From contig CAWBDB010000006.1 of the NCBI GenBank assembly GCA_963787535.1, forward strand, positions 54,944 to 118,943: a stretch of 64,000 nt of DNA. Direction: 5' to 3'. Shown here one piece after another: positions 59,154 to 64,000 of this stretch. The DNA is from an uncultured Solirubrobacterales bacterium (GTDB lineage Bacteria; Actinomycetota; Thermoleophilia; Solirubrobacterales; Solirubrobacteraceae). Position numbers and translations under genes: made by a program. Below the pieces are notes generated by a model. The model made no database searches. It worked only from the letters and a program-made list of their open reading frames with translations, and was not told the DNA's origin. The stretch's first letter is position 1. Each line of letters begins with the position of its first letter.

Positions 59154-60071
59154 GTGAGCCACACGTCCCCGCTGATCCGCGGCCGGCGGCGCCGATCGCG
59201 TGCACCGCTGGTGATTCTGCTGCTCCTGGTCCTCGCCGGCGTGGTGGCGCTGGTGGCGATCACCGGAGCGGCTGGGGGATCGCACAGTCCGGGCGCGCTG
59301 GCGCGAACCACCAAGCCGGGTCTGAAGCAGCCAAGTCCGTCCCCGCCGCGAGCCGGCCTCGTCCGCGCGCCGCTACCGCAATCGGCCGCCGGCGACGATC
59401 GCGGAGTGCAGCGCGTACTCGGCTACACCCCGTTCGTCACCTCCGGCGGCCGCGGGCGGCGACTGATTGCGCTCACCTTCGACGACGGGCCCAGCCCGTA
59501 CACCGCAGCCGTGGTCGGGATCCTGGTGCGGATGCACGTTCCGGCGACGTTCTTCGTCGTCGGTCAGCAGCTTCGCTACTTCTCTGCCGGACTGCGGGAT
59601 GAGCTCCAGCACGGCTTCACCGTCGGTGACCACACCGAGAACCACGCCTGGCTGGTGCAGCTCGGGTCGGGCGGCCAGACGGCGCAGATCGGTGGCGCCG
59701 CCGCCGCCGTGCACCACCTCGGGGCGCCGCTCCCGCGCCTGTTCCGCCCACCGTACGGGGTCTACGATCGGGTGACCCTGAGCGTGCTGCACAGCATGCG
59801 GATGCTGATGGTGCTGTGGTCGGTCGACCCCGGCGACTGGCGACGTCCCGGAGTCAAGGCGATCGTCGCTGCGGTCCTGTCCCATGCAGCGCCGGGGGCG
59901 ATCGTGATCATGCACGACGGAGGTGGTGACCGCAGCCAAACGGTGGCGGCGCTGCCGGCGGTGATAACGGGCCTGCGCCAACGCCACTACCGGCTGGTCA
60001 GCGTCCCGCAGCTGCTGGCTCTCGATCCTCCGCGGGGCCGACAGCGGTTGCCGTCGATGAGCGGCGCCTAG
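59154..60071 (+). CDS. Membrane-anchored/secreted polysaccharide deacetylase (NodB/CE4)
   Basis: N-terminal TM, ALTFDDGP, HTENH, FRPPYG, WSVDPGDW, IMHDGGG. Confidence 0.9.
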   Translation: MSHTSPLIRGRRRRSRAPLVILLLLVLAGVVALVAITGAAGGSHSPGALARTTKPGLKQPSPSPPRAGLVRAPLPQSAAGDDRGVQRVLGYTPFVTSGGRGRRLIALTFDDGPSPYTAAVVGILVRMHVPATFFVVGQQLRYFSAGLRDELQHGFTVGDHTENHAWLVQLGSGGQTAQIGGAAAAVHHLGAPLPRLFRPPYGVYDRVTLSVLHSMRMLMVLWSVDPGDWRRPGVKAIVAAVLSHAAPGAIVIMHDGGGDRSQTVAALPAVITGLRQRHYRLVSVPQLLALDPPRGRQRLPSMSGA

Positions 60072-60148
60072 CAATGGTTGCCCTCGACGGACCGGGAGTG
60101 AGATACTCGGGTCGCTGAGCATCCGCTTCGTCTGCCGGAGGTGAGTCC

Positions 60149-60592
60149 ATGTCAGAGCCGGCCCAGGTCCTCGTCGTCGCCCACCAGACCGCGGCGACCG
60201 CATCACTGCTAGACGCGGTGCGGGAACGTGCTCGCCGCGGGGCGGCCGGATTCCACCTCGTCGTCCCCCGGCAGGTCCACGGAATGCATCGGGTCGTAGA
60301 CCCGCAGGACGCGGGGGGTGACGACGCCGAGCGGGTATTGGCGCAGGCGCTACCCAAGCTCTCGGAGGCGGCCGGCGCCGCGGTCCAGGGCAGCGTCGGC
60401 GACGCCGAGCCGTTGATGGCGATCCACGACGCGATCAACCTCGGCAGCTATGACGAGATCATCATCTCCACGCTGCCGCTGGGCATCTCGCGCTGGTTGA
60501 AGCTCGATCTCATCAGCAAGGCGCGCGGGCTGGGTCTGCCGGTGACCCACGTGGAGGCATCCAGCGATGTGCCGGTGAGCGCCGGACAGTGA
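60149..60592 (+). CDS. Universal-stress-protein-like (adenine nucleotide alpha hydrolase-type) protein
   Basis: VLVVAHQT...FHLVVP, VGDAEPL.AI.D, YDEIIISTLP..SRWL..DL, LPVTHV. Confidence 0.6.
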   Translation: MSEPAQVLVVAHQTAATASLLDAVRERARRGAAGFHLVVPRQVHGMHRVVDPQDAGGDDAERVLAQALPKLSEAAGAAVQGSVGDAEPLMAIHDAINLGSYDEIIISTLPLGISRWLKLDLISKARGLGLPVTHVEASSDVPVSAGQ

Positions 60593-61374
60593 AGCTGGCG
60601 ACATTCCGGGCGCCTGGAGGCGCCGGTGATCTGGTGGCGGGCGAGGTGCTCGAGGATCGTGTCCGCGCCTTTGCCGGGGGCATGAGCGTCCGTGACGTCC
60701 TCGCCGGGGTTCGCCCCGAGCACGACGGTCGCTCGTGGCCGCTCTCGGATGTGACGCTGCTGGCGCCGGTGCCGGATCCGGGCACGATCTACGCGATCGG
60801 GCTCAACTACGCCGCCCACGTAGCCGAGACCGGTGGACAGCGGCCGGAGGTGCCGATCGTGTTCGTCAAGGTCAGGGGCTCGGTGGCGCCACCCGGCGGC
60901 CCGGTGCGCTGCCCGGAGGTGGTGCGTCGCCTGGACTACGAGGGCGAGCTCACGATCGTGATCGGCGCCGGCGGAGAGGCGGTCGGCTACTGCATCGCCG
61001 ACGACATCACCGCCCGGGATCTGCAGGGACGGGAACCGCAGTGGACCCGGGCCAAGGGCGCCGACACCTTCTGCCCGCTGGGGCCCTGGATCACCACCGC
61101 CGAGGAGGTTCCCGATCCGGCGAACCTGGGCCTGCGAACCTGGGTCAACGGGGAGCTGCGCCAGGACAGCCGCACCTCGGACCTGATCTTCTCGTGTGGG
61201 GAGCTGATCGAGTTCATTGCCCAAACCTGCACGCTCGCGCCCGGAGACCTGATCCTGACCGGCACGCCCAGCGGCGTTGGCATTGGTCTCGACCCGCCCC
61301 GGTTCCTCCAATCCGGCGATATCGTGCGCATCGAGATAGACAGCCTGGGCAAGATTGAGCACATGATTGGGTGA
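60589..61374 (+). CDS. Fumarylacetoacetate hydrolase family protein
   Basis: IYAIGLNYAAH, LDYEGEL, DDITARDLQ, KGADTFCPLGP, TGTPSGVG. Confidence 0.92.
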   Translation: MKLATFRAPGGAGDLVAGEVLEDRVRAFAGGMSVRDVLAGVRPEHDGRSWPLSDVTLLAPVPDPGTIYAIGLNYAAHVAETGGQRPEVPIVFVKVRGSVAPPGGPVRCPEVVRRLDYEGELTIVIGAGGEAVGYCIADDITARDLQGREPQWTRAKGADTFCPLGPWITTAEEVPDPANLGLRTWVNGELRQDSRTSDLIFSCGELIEFIAQTCTLAPGDLILTGTPSGVGIGLDPPRFLQSGDIVRIEIDSLGKIEHMIG

Positions 61375-61424
61375 AGCTCCTGATCGCGGGGTAGAGAGCA
61401 GGCTGAGAGAGGAGGACGCAGGAC

Positions 61425-63086
61425 TTGCTCAGACTTCATCCGACCACGCTGGACTACACGATCCTGGCGATCTACTTCGTCGTCGTGCTGGGGATTGGCT
61501 TCGTGGCCCGGCTGGCGATCAAGAGCGACCTCGACTTCTTCCTCTCTGGGCGCTCGCTGCCGGCTTGGATCACCGGGCTGGCGTTCATCGCCGCCAACCT
61601 GGGTGCGCTGGAGATCCTCGGCCAAGCCGCCAACGGCGCTCAGTACGGCGTGGCCGCGGTTCACTACTACTGGCTCGGCGCGGTTCCGGCGATGGTGTTC
61701 CTGGGGCTGGTGATGATGCCCTTCTACTACGGGGCCAAGGTCCGCTCGGTGCCCGAGTACCTGCGGCTGCGCTTCAACGAGGCCACCCATGCCTTCAACG
61801 CGGGCACGTTCGCGGTGGCCACGGTCCTGATCTCGGGCGTGAACCTGTTCGCGCTGGCCCTGATCATCCACCTGATGCTCGGTTGGTCGGTGTCGGTGGC
61901 GATCCTGGTGGCGGCGGCGATGGTGCTGGTGTACATCACCCTCGGCGGTCTGACCTCGGCGATCTACAACGAGGTCCTGCAGTTCTTCGTGATCGTCGCC
62001 AGCCTGCTGCCGTTGACCCTGGTCGCTCTGCATTCCGTGGGAGGCATCCACGGACTGACCGAGCGGATCAAGCACTTTAAGCCGCTCGGCCAGCCGGGGC
62101 TGCACGCCTGGCGGGGACTGGCCATCCATCACGTCACCAATCCGCTGGCCTCCGATTGGGTGGGGATCGTGTTCGGGCTCGGGTTCGTGCTCAGCTTTGG
62201 CTACTGGACCACCAACTTCGCCGAGGTCCAGCGCGCCCTCTCGGCTCGCAACATGTCCGCTTCGCGACGGACGCCGCTGATCGGTGCCTACCCCAAGATC
62301 TTCCTGCCGGCGATCATCATCCTGCCGGGGCTGATCGCCGTGGTCACCGTCAAGGGCCTCGGCGGCAGCAGCGTCAACCTGCAGTACAACACCGCGATTC
62401 CGCAACTGATCGGCAGCTACCTGCCTGAGGGCATGCTCGGCATCGCCGTGACCGGGCTGATCGCCGCGTTCATGGCCGGGGTGGCGGCCAACGTGACCGC
62501 CTTCAACACCGTCGTCACCTATGACCTGGTGCAGGCGTACTTCGCCAAGGACCGCGACTCGGCCTATTACCTGCGTGCCGGTCGTCTGATCACCATCGGC
62601 GGGATCCTGATTTCGATCGCCACGGCGTTCATCGCCAAGGGCTACTCGAACATCATGAACTACATCCAGACCCTGTTCTCGATCTTCAACGCCCCGCTGT
62701 TCGCCACCTTCATCATCGCCATGTTCTGGCGCCGCGCCACCGCCTGGGGAGGTTTTTGCAGCCTGGTCGCCGGCACCGCCGCCGCCTACATCGTCAATCG
62801 TCTGAACTCTTACCACACGATCTTCCACTTCGGCTCAGCGCTCAGCGCCAGCTTCTGGCAGGCGATCATCGCCTTCCTCTCGTGTGCTGTGGTGTTGGTG
62901 GTGGTCTCCCTGGTCACCCGCCCGAAACCGACCGAGGAGCTGCGGGGGCTGGTGTGGGGGCTCACGCGCGCCGAGGAGGAGGAGGAGAACGCCGACGAGC
63001 GCGACAAGCTCTGGTGGCGCTCCCCAATCCTGCTCGGTGGCGTTGCCTTGGCGATTCTCGTCGTCCTCAACATCATCTTCATTTGA
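61425..63086 (+). CDS. Sodium:solute symporter (SSS) family transporter
   Basis: DFFLSGRSLP.W, ANLGALE, SVPEYL..RF, YITLGGL.S.IY.EV.Q, YWTTNFAEVQR.LSA. Confidence 0.93.
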   Translation: MLRLHPTTLDYTILAIYFVVVLGIGFVARLAIKSDLDFFLSGRSLPAWITGLAFIAANLGALEILGQAANGAQYGVAAVHYYWLGAVPAMVFLGLVMMPFYYGAKVRSVPEYLRLRFNEATHAFNAGTFAVATVLISGVNLFALALIIHLMLGWSVSVAILVAAAMVLVYITLGGLTSAIYNEVLQFFVIVASLLPLTLVALHSVGGIHGLTERIKHFKPLGQPGLHAWRGLAIHHVTNPLASDWVGIVFGLGFVLSFGYWTTNFAEVQRALSARNMSASRRTPLIGAYPKIFLPAIIILPGLIAVVTVKGLGGSSVNLQYNTAIPQLIGSYLPEGMLGIAVTGLIAAFMAGVAANVTAFNTVVTYDLVQAYFAKDRDSAYYLRAGRLITIGGILISIATAFIAKGYSNIMNYIQTLFSIFNAPLFATFIIAMFWRRATAWGGFCSLVAGTAAAYIVNRLNSYHTIFHFGSALSASFWQAIIAFLSCAVVLVVVSLVTRPKPTEELRGLVWGLTRAEEEEENADERDKLWWRSPILLGGVALAILVVLNIIFI

Positions 63087-63119
63087 TGCCGGTCGCCACC
63101 CCCACGTCAGGAGCCGCTT

Positions 63120-63488
63120 GTGTCATCTACTGAACGGCCGTTCGGGGGACCCGGAGCTTCGAGGGAGACAGAGGGGCTGCCGCCAACCGGCCGTACCGAC
63201 GAGGAGGAGATCGAGGCGGCACGAGCGGCCAACCGGTTTGACATCCGCCGCCTGATCGGCGGCCTGTTCGTGCTCTATGGCGCGATCCTCACCGTGGTTG
63301 GGATCGTCGGCTCCTCCCAGGTCAAGCACAAGGCCGCCGGGATCAACATCAACCTGTGGACCGGGATCGGAATGCTGATCTTCGGCGCGCTGATGATCGT
63401 CTGGGCGCTTACCCGCCCGGTTGCGCCCGAGCCGCCGGAGACCCGGGGCGAGGGCTCGGGCCGGATCCGCCGCGCTCCGGCTACCTGA
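63120..63488 (+). CDS. Small 2-TM membrane protein accompanying the SSS transporter
   Basis: FDIRRLIGGLF..YG, NINLWTG.GML.FG. Confidence 0.7.
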   Translation: MSSTERPFGGPGASRETEGLPPTGRTDEEEIEAARAANRFDIRRLIGGLFVLYGAILTVVGIVGSSQVKHKAAGININLWTGIGMLIFGALMIVWALTRPVAPEPPETRGEGSGRIRRAPAT

Positions 63489-63509
63489 ACAGGCTCGACG
63501 TGACCGAGC

Positions 63510-64000
63510 TCAGTGGCTGTGGATCACGCGGTCGATGAGCCCGTACTCCACCGCCTGATCGGCCTTAAAGAAGCGATCGCGCTCCATGTCCTCGTGCACG
63601 CGCTCCAGCGGCTGTCCCGTGTGCTGGGCGTAGATCTGATCGATCCGGCCACGGATGTTGAGGATCTCCCGGGCGTGGATCTCGATGTCGGTCGACTGGC
63701 CCTCGAAGCCGGCTGAGGGCTGATGGATCAGGATCCGGCTGTTGGGCAGGGAGAACCGTTTGCCCTTGGCCCCTCCGGTCAGCAGCAGTGAGCCCATCGA
63801 CATCGCGATCCCGACGCAGATCGTCTGGATGTCCGGCTTGATGAACTGCATCGTGTCGTAGATCGCCAGTCCCGAGTAGATCGACCCTCCGGGGGTGTTG
63901 ATGTACATCGAGATGTCCTTGTCCGGGTCCTCGGATTCCAGGTGCAGCAGCTGGGCGACCACGAGGTTGGCGATGGTGTCGTCGATCGGCGTGCCCAGGA
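63510..64000 (-). CDS. clpP: ATP-dependent Clp protease proteolytic subunit (5' truncated by window)
   Basis: [15 protein letters not shown] catalytic Ser, ILIHQP, ERDRFF. Confidence 0.95.
   Translation of the reverse strand, partial: LGTPIDDTIANLVVAQLLHLESEDPDKDISMYINTPGGSIYSGLAIYDTMQFIKPDIQTICVGIAMSMGSLLLTGGAKGKRFSLPNSRILIHQPSAGFEGQSTDIEIHAREILNIRGRIDQIYAQHTGQPLERVHEDMERDRFFKADQAVEYGLIDRVIHSH

Overview
High-GC actinobacterial chromosomal segment; gene content suggests Thermoleophilia/Solirubrobacterales, but this is inference. It is densely coding, with about 60 real genes under many spurious antisense ORFs. Contents in order: a sugar/polyol catabolism block; an ECF (SigG-like) sigma locus with STAS and MFS genes; a RecD2 helicase; a deacetylase / DegT aminotransferase / epimerase-GT28 fusion operon (candidate undescribed amino-glycolipid pathway); and a dispersed SOS mutasome (imuB and dnaE2, each with its own LexA box) interrupted by an AAA ATPase gene with AT-rich flanks. 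Next come a c-di-AMP (ydaO) riboswitch ahead of a small non-enzymatic membrane protein, glnA, and an AbiEi/DUF559 gene beside a 21-bp tandem array. The last third holds a suf Fe-S cluster split into two blocks that each carry a copy of the same palindrome, a RemA-like mini-protein, a GMC oxidoreductase, an SSS transporter and a truncated clpP. At least five genes have single-base frameshifts, several in G/C runs, most likely assembly errors. No rRNA, tRNA, CRISPR array or transposase was seen. Family assignments come from motif recognition by eye, not database searches.
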